A DNA stretch of 64,000 nt from Candidatus Woesebacteria bacterium (GTDB taxonomy: Bacteria > Patescibacteriota > Microgenomatia > UBA8517). The DNA lies in NCBI GenBank assembly GCA_020060565.1, contig JAGVAE010000003.1, positions 20,072 to 84,071 of the forward strand, given 5' to 3'. Positions 30,200 through 39,193 of this stretch are shown here, in pieces. Both the position numbers and the translations under genes were made by a program. Below the pieces are notes generated by a model. The model was not told the DNA's origin. It saw only the letters and a list, made by a program, of their open reading frames with translations, and did not search any database. Position 1 is the stretch's first letter; each line of letters opens with the position of its first letter.

Positions 30200-31417
30200 A
30201 TGGGCTATTTTAAAGACACCCTAAAAGGAATTTCCTGGATGAGTGCACTCCGAGTCATGACCAGGGGAGTAGCAATTGTAAAAATTGCAATCTTAGCTAG
30301 AATTCTTTCTCCTTCCCAGTTTGGAATATACGGCATAGCTCTTCTTGTACTGGGATTTTTAGAAGTTCTAACAGAAACAGGAATAAACGTCTTTTTAATC
30401 CAGCAAAAAGATAAGACGAAGGAGTACCTGGACTCAGCTTGGGTAGTTTCAATTGCTAGGGGAGTTCTTATTGCACTTGTTATCATACTAGCCTCCCCTA
30501 TCATTGTTTGGTTTTTCAAGGTTCCAGAAGTTAAAAACTTACTCTTTATGGTAGCAGGAGTTGCAGTTCTTCGAGGTTTCATTAACCCAATGAAGGTAAT
30601 TTTTCAAATAAAATTGGATTTTATGAAAGAGTTTTTCTTCCAGGGATTTTTATACTTAGTAGATGCTGGTTTTGCGGTTGGTATCGGAATAATTACTCAT
30701 TCAGAGTCAGCCATGATAATAGGTATGTTAATAGCCACGGCGGTTGAGGTAATACTAAGCTTTGTAATATTCAAAGATAGACCAAAGCTTAAGCTGGAGG
30801 TTGAGAAAGTTAAAGAAGTCATAAGAAGCGGTAAATGGATAACAGGAGCTGGTGTATTTTCCTATATCTTTCAAAACATAGACAATGTTGTAGTTGGAAA
30901 ATTCCTAGGAGCCACATCACTTGGCTACTACCAACAGGCATATAGCATATCCACCTTACCAGTTTCTGAGGTGGGGCAGATATTTAATAAAGTAACATTT
31001 CCTGTATATGTAAAAATATCAGAAGACAAAGAAAGGTTGAAAAAAGCTTTCCTAAAAACCTTGGGACTAATTTCTCTACTTGTGGTTTTCTTTGGCACTC
31101 TCATTTTCTTTTTCTCCCATACGTTGATCTTAATTTTCCTTGGGGAAAAATGGCTGGTAATTGAACCAGTACTTAAAATTCTTGCTATCTTTGGAGTACT
31201 TAAATCTCTTCTTAACTTTAGCTACTCAGTCTTCTTAGCTCTTAAAATGCAAAAAATTGTGATGCTTTCAGAACTAACTGGAATAGTTGGCATGTGTATT
31301 GCAATATATCCAATGGTAACAAAATTTGGAATAATAGGAGCAGGCTATTCAACAATAATTGCTTTTGTTTGCAGTTTACCTGTTGTAATTATTTATCTTT
31401 TCAAAATATTTAAATGA
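30200..31417 (+). CDS. Polysaccharide flippase (Wzx/PST family)
   Basis: LARILSPSQFG, DNVVVGKFLG, LGYYQ, LGEKW; about 12 TM; TG-n-TATAAT 6 nt before ATG 30200. Confidence 0.85.
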   Translation: MGYFKDTLKGISWMSALRVMTRGVAIVKIAILARILSPSQFGIYGIALLVLGFLEVLTETGINVFLIQQKDKTKEYLDSAWVVSIARGVLIALVIILASPIIVWFFKVPEVKNLLFMVAGVAVLRGFINPMKVIFQIKLDFMKEFFFQGFLYLVDAGFAVGIGIITHSESAMIIGMLIATAVEVILSFVIFKDRPKLKLEVEKVKEVIRSGKWITGAGVFSYIFQNIDNVVVGKFLGATSLGYYQQAYSISTLPVSEVGQIFNKVTFPVYVKISEDKERLKKAFLKTLGLISLLVVFFGTLIFFFSHTLILIFLGEKWLVIEPVLKILAIFGVLKSLLNFSYSVFLALKMQKIVMLSELTGIVGMCIAIYPMVTKFGIIGAGYSTIIAFVCSLPVVIIYLFKIFK

Positions 31418-32751
31418 AGACTGTAAGAAAATATCTTCCCTTAATCTTAATTTTAGTTTTAGGAGCCTTACTGCGTATTTACAAAATTGGACCTAATTAT
31501 TATTTTAGCGGAGAACTAGGTAAAGAACTACTCTACATCCGTCAGTATGCAGAGAGCCACACCTTACCCCTTGTTGGAATGGGAACTTCCCATGAATGGC
31601 TTTCATATGGACCTTTCTATTATTGGATAATGCTTCCCATTTTTAATACTCTCGGGGGAAACCCATTTATATTATTCTGGGTTTCCTTAGTTGTTAGCCT
31701 AGTTGGTTTGACTGTTGGTTACTTTGTTTTTAAAAGAATACTAAATGAAAGAATGGCATTGGTTGCAACTGCAATTGGCGCATTTTCTCCATTTCTGATA
31801 CTGCAAACCAGACTAAGTAAGCTTCACACTTTCTTTTTTTTAATCATGCCGTGCCTTACATATCTAACCTATCTTCTTTGGAACGGCAAAAAGAAATGGA
31901 TAATTCCCACAGGACTATTATTTGGAGTTTTATTCAGTTTCCATTTTAGCCAGATTCCACTCTTAGGAGTTATTGCTTTACTATTTGTTATTAAAAGAAA
32001 CGTTTATAAAATAAAACATTGGTTACTGTTTGGACTTGGAGTTATTATCCCCAATATTACATTCCTTTGGCAGGATAGAAATATACTTCTTTGGCTTCCA
32101 TATAGAGTAGTAAACATTGCAAATAAAAATCCGATTGAGACTATTAAACTTCTAAATGAATATTTGGGTAAATCAATTTTCTGGGACAGCCGTCTTTGGA
32201 TAATTGGCTCTGTTATTTTTCTAGCAATATTTATCTATTACATCATAAAAAACAAACATAAATTTGCAAAAGAATTCATTCCTTTTTATTTGATCTCTTC
32301 AATTTCATTAATGCTCTTGGCAAACATTTTACACGGTGCCCCACCTATTCATTACTTTTTACCAATGGTGGTAGCGCAGACTATTCTTGTTGGACTCTAT
32401 CTTTCAAAAGTGAAACTTTGGCCACAGATAATAGCTCTCGTAACAGTTGTTAATATTGTAGCTTTTCAAAATGACCCAATTTTTTATAAGGATTTTACAG
32501 GTCTTGTTAAAAACAGTGATATGGTTTCCTACGCAACTCAAAATGTTATAGCAGATTTTATTGTAGCCAGTGCAAATCAAAAACCAGTGTCAATTAAAAG
32601 AGTTGGAGCTTTTGACTATTTTCCAGAAAACTACTCTCAGAATTATAAGTACTTAGTTCTTTGGAAAGGCGGCCAAGTTATTGATAGCTCAGTTAATTCT
32701 TATACAATTACCGAAGATTCAAAGAAAGGAGAAGTAAGTGTTAAAAAATGA
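31414..32751 (+). CDS. Polytopic membrane glycosyltransferase (GT-C, PMT/ArnT-like)
   Basis: LLRIY, LPLVG, YGPFYYW, FHFS, HYFLP; multi-TM. Confidence 0.7.
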   Translation: MKTVRKYLPLILILVLGALLRIYKIGPNYYFSGELGKELLYIRQYAESHTLPLVGMGTSHEWLSYGPFYYWIMLPIFNTLGGNPFILFWVSLVVSLVGLTVGYFVFKRILNERMALVATAIGAFSPFLILQTRLSKLHTFFFLIMPCLTYLTYLLWNGKKKWIIPTGLLFGVLFSFHFSQIPLLGVIALLFVIKRNVYKIKHWLLFGLGVIIPNITFLWQDRNILLWLPYRVVNIANKNPIETIKLLNEYLGKSIFWDSRLWIIGSVIFLAIFIYYIIKNKHKFAKEFIPFYLISSISLMLLANILHGAPPIHYFLPMVVAQTILVGLYLSKVKLWPQIIALVTVVNIVAFQNDPIFYKDFTGLVKNSDMVSYATQNVIADFIVASANQKPVSIKRVGAFDYFPENYSQNYKYLVLWKGGQVIDSSVNSYTITEDSKKGEVSVKK

Positions 32752-33328
32752 TTTTGAAATAATTACTCTAAAAAAAGACACTATTACTGATTTTGCAAAA
32801 GAAAGAAACCTTCTTTTGGCAAAATCAAAAGCAACCTGGGTTTTTTTTGTAGATTCAGATGAAACGATTACGGAAAAACTAAAACGCGAAATAGTTGAAT
32901 GGTTAAATGGTTCAATAGCCAATAATTATAACGGATTTTACGTTTACAGGAGAAATTATTTTTTAGGGCAGTATGTAGGAACAGATAAGATACTAAGATT
33001 GGGAAGGAGGGGCAAAGGACAATGGCAACGTAGAGTTCACGAAACCTGGCAAATAAAAGGTAGAGTTGGAGTACTTAAAAACCCTTTAATTCATCTCACT
33101 GCAAAGAATCTGTATGAATTTATAGGCAAGATTGATAACTATTCAACGCTTCACGCAAAAGAAAATATAGAAAGTGGGAAAAAATCAAATATTGCAAAAA
33201 TTATTTTCTACCCAATGTTTAAGTTTATTCAAAGTATGGCAATGGGGCGTGGGTTTGTTATGAGCATGTTGCAATCATTTCACTCATTTTTAGCTTGGAG
33301 TAAGGTGTGGAGGCTGCAAAATACATGA
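32738..33328 (+). CDS. Short GT2-family glycosyltransferase (WaaE-like), N-terminally reduced
   Basis: DFAKERN, WVFFVDSDE, RRNYFLG, VHE, KIDNYS. Confidence 0.75.
   Translation: MLKNDFEIITLKKDTITDFAKERNLLLAKSKATWVFFVDSDETITEKLKREIVEWLNGSIANNYNGFYVYRRNYFLGQYVGTDKILRLGRRGKGQWQRRVHETWQIKGRVGVLKNPLIHLTAKNLYEFIGKIDNYSTLHAKENIESGKKSNIAKIIFYPMFKFIQSMAMGRGFVMSMLQSFHSFLAWSKVWRLQNT
32890..32921 (+). repeat. Octamer tandem array in frame within the short GT2 gene
   Basis: aatagttg aatggtta aatggttc aatagcca (IVEWLNGSIA). Confidence 0.7.
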
Positions 33329-34458
33329 ATATAAAAAAAATAATATCACCAGACTGCATTTTTGTCTTTCTTTTCTTAATCCTTTTTCCTTTCGGTCAGA
33401 TCATAAGGATTGGAATAATTCACCCAATTGATTTAGTAGTTGGAGCAGCTATGCTTTATACAATTATTAAAAAACTTGAATATCCAGAGTTTTTTAAACA
33501 TCTTAAAGTATTTCTGGTTATAGCTGTATCTTCATGGATTTTTTCTATATTTATTTTTAGACATATTGAGGTAGTATATGGCCTTTTATATCTATTTCGA
33601 CTTGCTGCTTACTTATTTTTTAGTGTTTATGTTTGGAATTTTGTTAAGAAGGAAGACTCAAATAAAAAACTTCTTCTTAATTCTCTTTTAGCAATCTCCA
33701 TAGTATCAGCCTTTTTAGGTTGGATTCAGTTTTTGATACTACCTGATATAAAACCATTTTTTGTTTGGGGTTGGGATATGCATCTATTTCGTATTGTAGG
33801 AACTTTTCTTGACCCAACATTTTTGAGCTTAATAATAGTTTTTGGATCAATAATTTCAATCCTGCAAAAAAAATGGTTTTTTACACTATTTCTTTTGCTT
33901 TCTCTAGCCTTTACCTATTCAAGAGCTGGTTATCTAGCGTTTATTGGGGCAGTTTTTGCGATTATATATTTTGAAAAGAAGTTTAAAAAGCTAATTTTTC
34001 TTGTTTTGGGGCTGGTTGTAATTGCTTTCATTCTTCCAACGGCAAAAAATCAGAGTATTGAGCTATTCAGAACATTCTCTGCAGTTTCTAGAATTGAAAA
34101 CTACAAACAAACCATAAAACTATTCTCAAAGTCACCAGTATTTGGAGTTGGCTATAACAACATGTGTATTGCATACCAGAAATACATAGGCCCTCAGGAT
34201 TTTTCCTCACATGCTTGTTCAGGTTCGGATTCAAGCATTTTGTTCGTTTTGGCCACAACAGGTATTTCTGGTTTAATTGTCCTCATTTATGCTTCGAAAA
34301 AAATAATATATAGTGCTAAGCATTCTACATACTACATACTACTTGCTACTTCTTTTGTAGCCCTTCTAGTCCATAGTCTTTTTGGCAACTCCATGTTTTA
34401 CCCATGGATAATGGGATGGATGGTGATATTGCTTTCCTTGGCAAGTTCTACTCACTGA
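33325..34458 (+). CDS. O-antigen ligase/polymerase-like membrane protein
   Basis: RIVGTFLDP, TYSRAG, SRI, PVFGVG, TGISG, HSLFGN. Confidence 0.8.
   Translation: MNIKKIISPDCIFVFLFLILFPFGQIIRIGIIHPIDLVVGAAMLYTIIKKLEYPEFFKHLKVFLVIAVSSWIFSIFIFRHIEVVYGLLYLFRLAAYLFFSVYVWNFVKKEDSNKKLLLNSLLAISIVSAFLGWIQFLILPDIKPFFVWGWDMHLFRIVGTFLDPTFLSLIIVFGSIISILQKKWFFTLFLLLSLAFTYSRAGYLAFIGAVFAIIYFEKKFKKLIFLVLGLVVIAFILPTAKNQSIELFRTFSAVSRIENYKQTIKLFSKSPVFGVGYNNMCIAYQKYIGPQDFSSHACSGSDSSILFVLATTGISGLIVLIYASKKIIYSAKHSTYYILLATSFVALLVHSLFGNSMFYPWIMGWMVILLSLASSTH
34323..34350 (+). repeat. Heptamer tandem array in frame within the O-antigen ligase-like gene
   Basis: ttctaca tactaca tactact tgctact (STYYILLAT). Confidence 0.8.
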
Positions 34459-35164
34459 AGTTCAACTTAAACTCCTTCTCAACTGAGTTTCCTGCTTGGT
34501 CAACAGATTTAATAGTAAATTTATTTTCACCACCATTAAGAGTTAAAGTGTATTGATATTTTCCAGATTCCTCAACAGAAACTATCCTGTCATTGATGGT
34601 GACACTAGCACCACTATCTGTAGTGCCCTGAATTGTCACTTGGCGCTGTTCAGAGCCATTAAAACTTGCTCCATCAGAAGGACTATCAATAATTAAGCTT
34701 GGAGGATCGTTGTCAAATACAACCTTCTTTTCAATAGTTTTCTGACTTACATTACCTGAAGGATCTTGAGTAATTGCAGAAAAATTATTATCTCCATCTT
34801 TTAATCCCAAATTTTGAAAAGTAAAATTACCATCTTTATCTACCAAGACTTCCTGTTCAGTCCCATTAAATGTTAGTTTAACGGTGGCTTCTGGTTCAGC
34901 AGTTCCTGTTAGCCCTATACTTTGCTTGTTTGTATAGTCGGGAACTATATCAAACTTAGGAGGAGCTGGAGGAGTTTTGTCATTTTGAGAACTTGTTGTT
35001 CCTCCCCTTAAGTCTGAGACAAATGAAGCTACCTTTCCAACAGCAGGAATACCAACAATAACTAAAACAGCAACGGCGGCAATAGAAAGAAGAATAAGAA
35101 GAACCGCATTTCTAAAGTTCCTTTTTTCTTCTACTGATTCTAATCTCGAGTATCTTAATCTCAT
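34448..35164 (-). CDS. Membrane-anchored protein with two bacterial Ig-like domains
   Basis: N-terminal TM; DKTPPAPP, GTAEP, DPSGN, DQAGN beta-rich repeats; start at ATG 35164 (the longer ORF overlaps the tRNA). Confidence 0.8.
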   Translation of the reverse strand: MRLRYSRLESVEEKRNFRNAVLLILLSIAAVAVLVIVGIPAVGKVASFVSDLRGGTTSSQNDKTPPAPPKFDIVPDYTNKQSIGLTGTAEPEATVKLTFNGTEQEVLVDKDGNFTFQNLGLKDGDNNFSAITQDPSGNVSQKTIEKKVVFDNDPPSLIIDSPSDGASFNGSEQRQVTIQGTTDSGASVTINDRIVSVEESGKYQYTLTLNGGENKFTIKSVDQAGNSVEKEFKLNFSE

Positions 35165-35172
35165 ATTATTTG

Positions 35173-35245
35173 AGCCGAGGGTGGGGATCGAACCCACTAC
35201 CTGCGGTTTACGATACCGCCGCTCTACCAGCTGAGCTACCTCGGC
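35173..35245 (-). tRNA. tRNA-Thr(CGT), CCA not encoded
   Basis: GCCGAGG/CCTCGGC acceptor; GCGGT-ATCGTAA-ACCGC anticodon arm; GTGGG-TTCGATC-CCCAC T arm. Confidence 0.93.
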
Positions 35246-35273
35246 AATAAGTTGAATTATACCACTTCAAGGG

Positions 35274-35972
35274 TTAATACCCAGTAAATTTCTCAGACCG
35301 AATCTGCCCAGATGGCACTTTCATATTTCCCAAAATCTCTTCCATTGCATCATTAAATCCTGGAGGACCACAAACCCATAGGGTACAATTTTTAATTTTT
35401 AATTTATAATTTTTAATTAATTCATTTATTTTAATTTGGTCAAGGTGGCCTTCGGTACTACTTATTACATAATGAACTCTAATGTTTGAATTATTTTTAA
35501 CTATTTCATCAAACTTTCTCTTAAAAACAATGTCGTTATCAGAGTTGGAATAAATCAAATAAATAGGATTTGCCAATTTATTATCAACAACATACTTAAT
35601 AATGCTTCTAAATGGCGTAATTCCAATTCCTCCCGCAAGGAAAACATGAGACCCCTTCTCATTCTCATCAAAAAGAAAGGTTCCATTTGGTCCATCTGCT
35701 TTAATAACCTCTCCAATTGCAAGCTCATCAAGCGTTTTCTTGTACCCCGATTCTTCTCTGATTTTGGTTGTTAGCCTAATTGAATCAGTTTCAGTTGGGG
35801 AGGAAGCTATTGTAAAAAGTCGCGTAGCGCCTTTGGCGTCAGGATAGTTTAATTTGGCAAGAGTGTAATAAAGATACTGTCCAGCGGAAAAGGAAATAGA
35901 TTTTTCAGGTTTAAAGAAAAAAGACTTGGTTCCTTTAGCTTCATCAACCTTTTTAATAAGTATTAATTTCAC
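35274..35972 (-). CDS. FNR-like FAD/NAD(P)H oxidoreductase
   Basis: AGQY, RLFTIASSP, GPNG, LAGGIGITPF, CGPP, EKFTGY; GTG start 7 nt after TG-n-TAGAAT. Confidence 0.88.
   Translation of the reverse strand: MKLILIKKVDEAKGTKSFFFKPEKSISFSAGQYLYYTLAKLNYPDAKGATRLFTIASSPTETDSIRLTTKIREESGYKKTLDELAIGEVIKADGPNGTFLFDENEKGSHVFLAGGIGITPFRSIIKYVVDNKLANPIYLIYSNSDNDIVFKRKFDEIVKNNSNIRVHYVISSTEGHLDQIKINELIKNYKLKIKNCTLWVCGPPGFNDAMEEILGNMKVPSGQIRSEKFTGY
35387..35418 (-). repeat. Heptamer tandem array in frame within the oxidoreductase gene
   Basis: + strand aattttt aattttt aatttat aattttt (IKNYKLKIKN on the - strand). Confidence 0.7.
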
Positions 35973-36043
35973 TTTATATATTCTACCATCACAATTTACA
36001 GTATTAAAATCTGATTGCATTGTGTGTTATACTATACCCCCAC

Positions 36044-36340
36044 ATGGCTAAACAAAAGAATACAGATAGAGAAAAATTTGAAAGATATGCAGAAACTTAT
36101 AAGCTTTTGGCAAATGCCAAAAGACTTGAAATCTTAAGCCTTTTGGGAAGTGGAGAAAAAATAGTTACTGATTTGGTTAATGCGATGGAGATAAGAAAAG
36201 CTAATGTCTCCCAACACCTGGCACTTCTAAGGTATTTAAAATTTGTAAAAGTAAGAAGATTAGGAAAGAATGCTTTTTATAGCCTTACAAACCCCAAAAC
36301 TGTTGAGTTCTTCAAGATAATGGACTCGATAAATAAATAA
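36044..36340 (+). CDS. ArsR/SmtB family transcriptional regulator
   Basis: KLLANAKRLEIL, NVSQHLALLR, RRLGKNAFYSL; divergent from the oxidoreductase. Confidence 0.88.
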   Translation: MAKQKNTDREKFERYAETYKLLANAKRLEILSLLGSGEKIVTDLVNAMEIRKANVSQHLALLRYLKFVKVRRLGKNAFYSLTNPKTVEFFKIMDSINK

Positions 36341-36411
36341 TCAAGGACAATCACTTTTAACCTTCTTATCCATCAATCATATAGTGATAATGATAAGTAA
36401 AAAGGTGAAAT

Positions 36412-36485
36412 TGGAGCGGGATACGGGAGTTGAACCCGTTTCTCTACCTTGGGAAGGTAGCGTTAGGCCGCTTAACTAATCCCGC
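36412..36485 (-). tRNA. tRNA-Gly(CCC), CCA encoded
   Basis: GCGGGAT/ATCCCGC acceptor + TCCA; CTACC-TTCCCAA-GGTAG; ACGGG-TTCAACT-CCCGT. Confidence 0.93.
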
Positions 36486-36520
36486 GCATACGGGATAATT
36501 ATATCATTTAGGATTCCAAG

Positions 36521-37072
36521 CTACCTTAGTAACATCAAAACATTCCCAGGGTGAATTACATTTGGATTATCAAGTTTATTTGCATTTGCAATTTCAACCC
36601 ATTTATATCCATCCCCATAAGCTTTAACTGCTATATTCCAAAGACTATCCCCATGAACTACAGTATAGGAATCTGCTGTAATAGCTTGAGTATTGGACTC
36701 GATTGTTACAACTTCTTTTGTTGCAGTTGGTTGTTTTGCTGAAACTTCTGGAAGCAATATTTCCTGGCCTACTTCAAGACTTTCAGATTCAAGTTTGTTT
36801 GCAGACATTACATCTGTCCAGTTATAACCACTTCCATATACATCTTCAGAAATTGACCACAAACTTTCACCTTCGGAAACTGTATGTACTTTACCAATTT
36901 GTGATTGATTTGTTGTGGTTAATGCTTCAGGTGTAGTTTGAGATCTTTTGTCTTTAAAATAATTAACAACTAATATTCCAACTATAACTATAACAAGTGC
37001 TCCCAAAACCATACTAATGCTTTCTTCATTAAGCTTTAAATTTTTGAGGAATTTTTTTAAATCAAATTTCAA
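36521..37072 (-). CDS. Membrane-anchored protein with two LysM domains
   Basis: TM; HTVSEGESLWSIS and YTVVHGDSLWNIA..IANAN..IHPG; GGGGGTGA SD before TTG. Confidence 0.9.
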   Translation of the reverse strand: MKFDLKKFLKNLKLNEESISMVLGALVIVIVGILVVNYFKDKRSQTTPEALTTTNQSQIGKVHTVSEGESLWSISEDVYGSGYNWTDVMSANKLESESLEVGQEILLPEVSAKQPTATKEVVTIESNTQAITADSYTVVHGDSLWNIAVKAYGDGYKWVEIANANKLDNPNVIHPGNVLMLLR

Positions 37073-37083
37073 TATATTTCACC

Positions 37084-37114
37084 CCCCTTCGCCAAGGCTT
37101 CGGAGGGGCAAGCC
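37084..37114. repeat. GC-rich REP-like hairpin overlapping the LysM gene SD
   Basis: ccccttc-gccaaggc-ttc-ggagggg-caagcc; shares cccttcgccaag with 47733. Confidence 0.6.
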
Positions 37115-37177
37115 ACCTTGGATTTTATTCAGCCTCAATTTATATTAGGATTGGTTTGAAGTCAATAGGAAGAAAAA

Positions 37178-37759
37178 CTATGTTTGTTCTCTGTTTAGAT
37201 ATTTTAAAATCCAGATGTTTGTATTTGGTATGATTACTCGATTTTTGCTTCGAATATTTTTTAGTTCTTTTACTCCAAAGACATTTCCATCATTGTCAAT
37301 GATCTGCATTAAACGAAAAAAATCTTTAGGAGTTTTATAATACAGAGCTTCAATGGTTAAATTATTTCTTCCGTAAATAATATGTTTTCCAATTCTTCCA
37401 TTACTTAAGGTAAAAAATGTCGTGATATCTAAACACTGCTTTGATGTGCTAGTCGGTAGTTTTCCACAAACCTTGATCGTTAGTTCATTTTGACCTTGTT
37501 TACCATGAAATTTTCCCTCAGAACTTAGTAGTCCACTTAAATCATCCATCTTACCCTGAATTCCACTTTCTAAACCAAAAATTTTTCTTCCTGTTATAAC
37601 TTCCGATACTGCTTTGCGTATTTCAATAAATTCATATGAAAGTTGTTCTGTTGGAGGATTTGAATAATTTTTCCCTTCATCACCCTGCAAGCAACTTGGG
37701 TTGAAGTTTTCAATTAATCGGATAAAGCGGTGTCTAAATCTTTCTTTTTCGTTAAACAT
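37178..37759 (-). CDS. Hypothetical protein
   Basis: ORF downstream of tRNA-Asp; TG-n-TAAAAT 7 nt before ATG 37759. Confidence 0.65.
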   Translation of the reverse strand: MFNEKERFRHRFIRLIENFNPSCLQGDEGKNYSNPPTEQLSYEFIEIRKAVSEVITGRKIFGLESGIQGKMDDLSGLLSSEGKFHGKQGQNELTIKVCGKLPTSTSKQCLDITTFFTLSNGRIGKHIIYGRNNLTIEALYYKTPKDFFRLMQIIDNDGNVFGVKELKNIRSKNRVIIPNTNIWILKYLNREQT

Positions 37760-37823
37760 TGGCAGCATTTTAACACACATTTTTGAAGATTCAAGCGAAT
37801 CTAAATATTGAAGCTTAATTGGG

Positions 37824-38095
37824 CGGGATCGACGAGATTCGGACTCGCAACCTCTTCCGTGCGAAAAAATCTTCTTGTTTCCAAAAAGCTCGGACTATCT
37901 CATCACCCGCAGGGTGAAATTATCACCACCTTACGGGGCCAGGTATATAGTCTCTACACATTTACACTTTCGTGCTTTAGCTCGGGATTGCCATTTTAAA
38001 GGTTTCCCCGAATTAGCCTGGTTTTACATCCCGCATTACTGCGGGACGCTGCCACAATTGACAGGGAAGCGCTCTAGCCATTGAGCTACGACCCC
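37824..38095 (-). tRNA. tRNA-Asp(GTC) split by an intron; exons 38095-38061 and 37861-37824
   Basis: Joined exons give a 73-nt cloverleaf: GGGGTCG/CGATCCC acceptor, G73, CTTCC-CTGT^CAC-GGAAG anticodon arm, GCGAG-TCCGAAT-CTCGT T arm. Confidence 0.9.
37862..38060 (-). ncRNA. Group I self-splicing intron (199 nt, no ORF)
   Basis: P1 CUGU|CA..UGGCAG with U-G at the splice site; P AAUUCGGGGAA, Q AAUCCCGAG, R GUAGAGACUA, S GAUAGUCC; terminal G. Confidence 0.9.
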
Positions 38096-38195
38096 AATAA
38101 CAAAGTATTTTAACATAGACTACCTTACTTACCAAGCCTCAACAAAACATTTCAAACATAGACTTTATCTTATAGTTATGTGGTATAATACCAAC

Positions 38196-38708
38196 ATGTT
38201 AGACACAGAGAAACCTAAACAGTTTGGAACAATAAACCTTAAAGGTGGTGAGCAGGATCATATGGCTGAATGCCAAAAGCTACTGCCATTTCTGTTGGAA
38301 ATTGACTTGTCCCAAAAGGGTATGGAGATATCGAAATTTGAAAAAGTTCTTAGAGTTTTAGAAATTGTCAGGTTTTCAGAAGAAAGCTTTCCTTGGATGA
38401 TGGGGTTAGGATTTAATGAAAAGGGTAATGTTGAAAAAATTGACCTAATATCTGATCCACATTATGATGAAACAAGCATAAATCACTCAATTTTTACGGG
38501 TCAGGTTTTAGAATTTCCAAATTTCTATGAACTTTGGGAAAAACCAGAAATCTTCATAAATAATATATCCCATGTAGCATCCTATGATGGGAAAAGAAAA
38601 CCATATGATGTTATTATGGCAGGTACCAAAAGTAGGATTCTAGTATTGGGTACACCAAACGACAACTTTTTAGCAAAAAAGGATGTTATATACGAGTTAG
38701 TTAAATAA
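38196..38708 (+). CDS. Hypothetical protein
   Basis: TGGTATAAT (38181-38189) 6 nt before ATG 38196. Confidence 0.65.
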   Translation: MLDTEKPKQFGTINLKGGEQDHMAECQKLLPFLLEIDLSQKGMEISKFEKVLRVLEIVRFSEESFPWMMGLGFNEKGNVEKIDLISDPHYDETSINHSIFTGQVLEFPNFYELWEKPEIFINNISHVASYDGKRKPYDVIMAGTKSRILVLGTPNDNFLAKKDVIYELVK

Positions 38709-38712
38709 TTGC

Positions 38713-38741
38713 TTGACTTAAGCTAATGAGTTACCTATAAT
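38713..38741 (+). promoter_or_regulatory. Sigma70-type promoter
   Basis: TTGACT-17 nt-TATAAT upstream of ORF 38759. Confidence 0.7.
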
Positions 38742-38758
38742 CCTGGCTAACATAGATC

Positions 38759-39139
38759 ATGGATATAACAGTTGGTTTATTTAAAAAAGAAATTGGTTCA
38801 GACGGGAAGGCTTCATATGTGATGATTGGAGAAAATCCTCCTGTAATACATTCTGGGATTCGCTATCATGGATTCGACCATTTTAGTAAAAATGATGACT
38901 ATTTCTCTCGAATAAGTAAAGAAACTCTCGGTGTTGAGGTCTTTATGGGAGTAAAACCTGAATATTGTAAGCCAGCAATAGTGCTTGAACCGCAAATATT
39001 TGAGAGTATAGAAGATATGAGAGAGACCATTTTTTATGAAGCCAGAAAATCAGCATTTTATGGTGGACAAATAGAAATTATTGAGGATTTGTTCCCCGTA
39101 GAAGGATCGAGAATTGGAGCAGAGAGAAGCGCTTCGTAA
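38759..39139 (+). CDS. Hypothetical protein
   Basis: 126-aa ORF with its own promoter. Confidence 0.6.
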   Translation: MDITVGLFKKEIGSDGKASYVMIGENPPVIHSGIRYHGFDHFSKNDDYFSRISKETLGVEVFMGVKPEYCKPAIVLEPQIFESIEDMRETIFYEARKSAFYGGQIEIIEDLFPVEGSRIGAERSAS

Positions 39140-39193
39140 TACTCTTCAAATACCCAGCTTATAGAGTTAACTTTGTCGTTATATAATGAATAT

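Noticed and set aside
35165-35197. N-terminal extension of the Ig-domain ORF
   Set aside because: Overlaps tRNA-Thr; ATG 35164 is the plausible start.
37808-38084. Two short + strand ORFs (63 and 69 aa)
   Set aside because: They are antisense to the intron-containing tRNA-Asp and carry no homing-endonuclease motifs.
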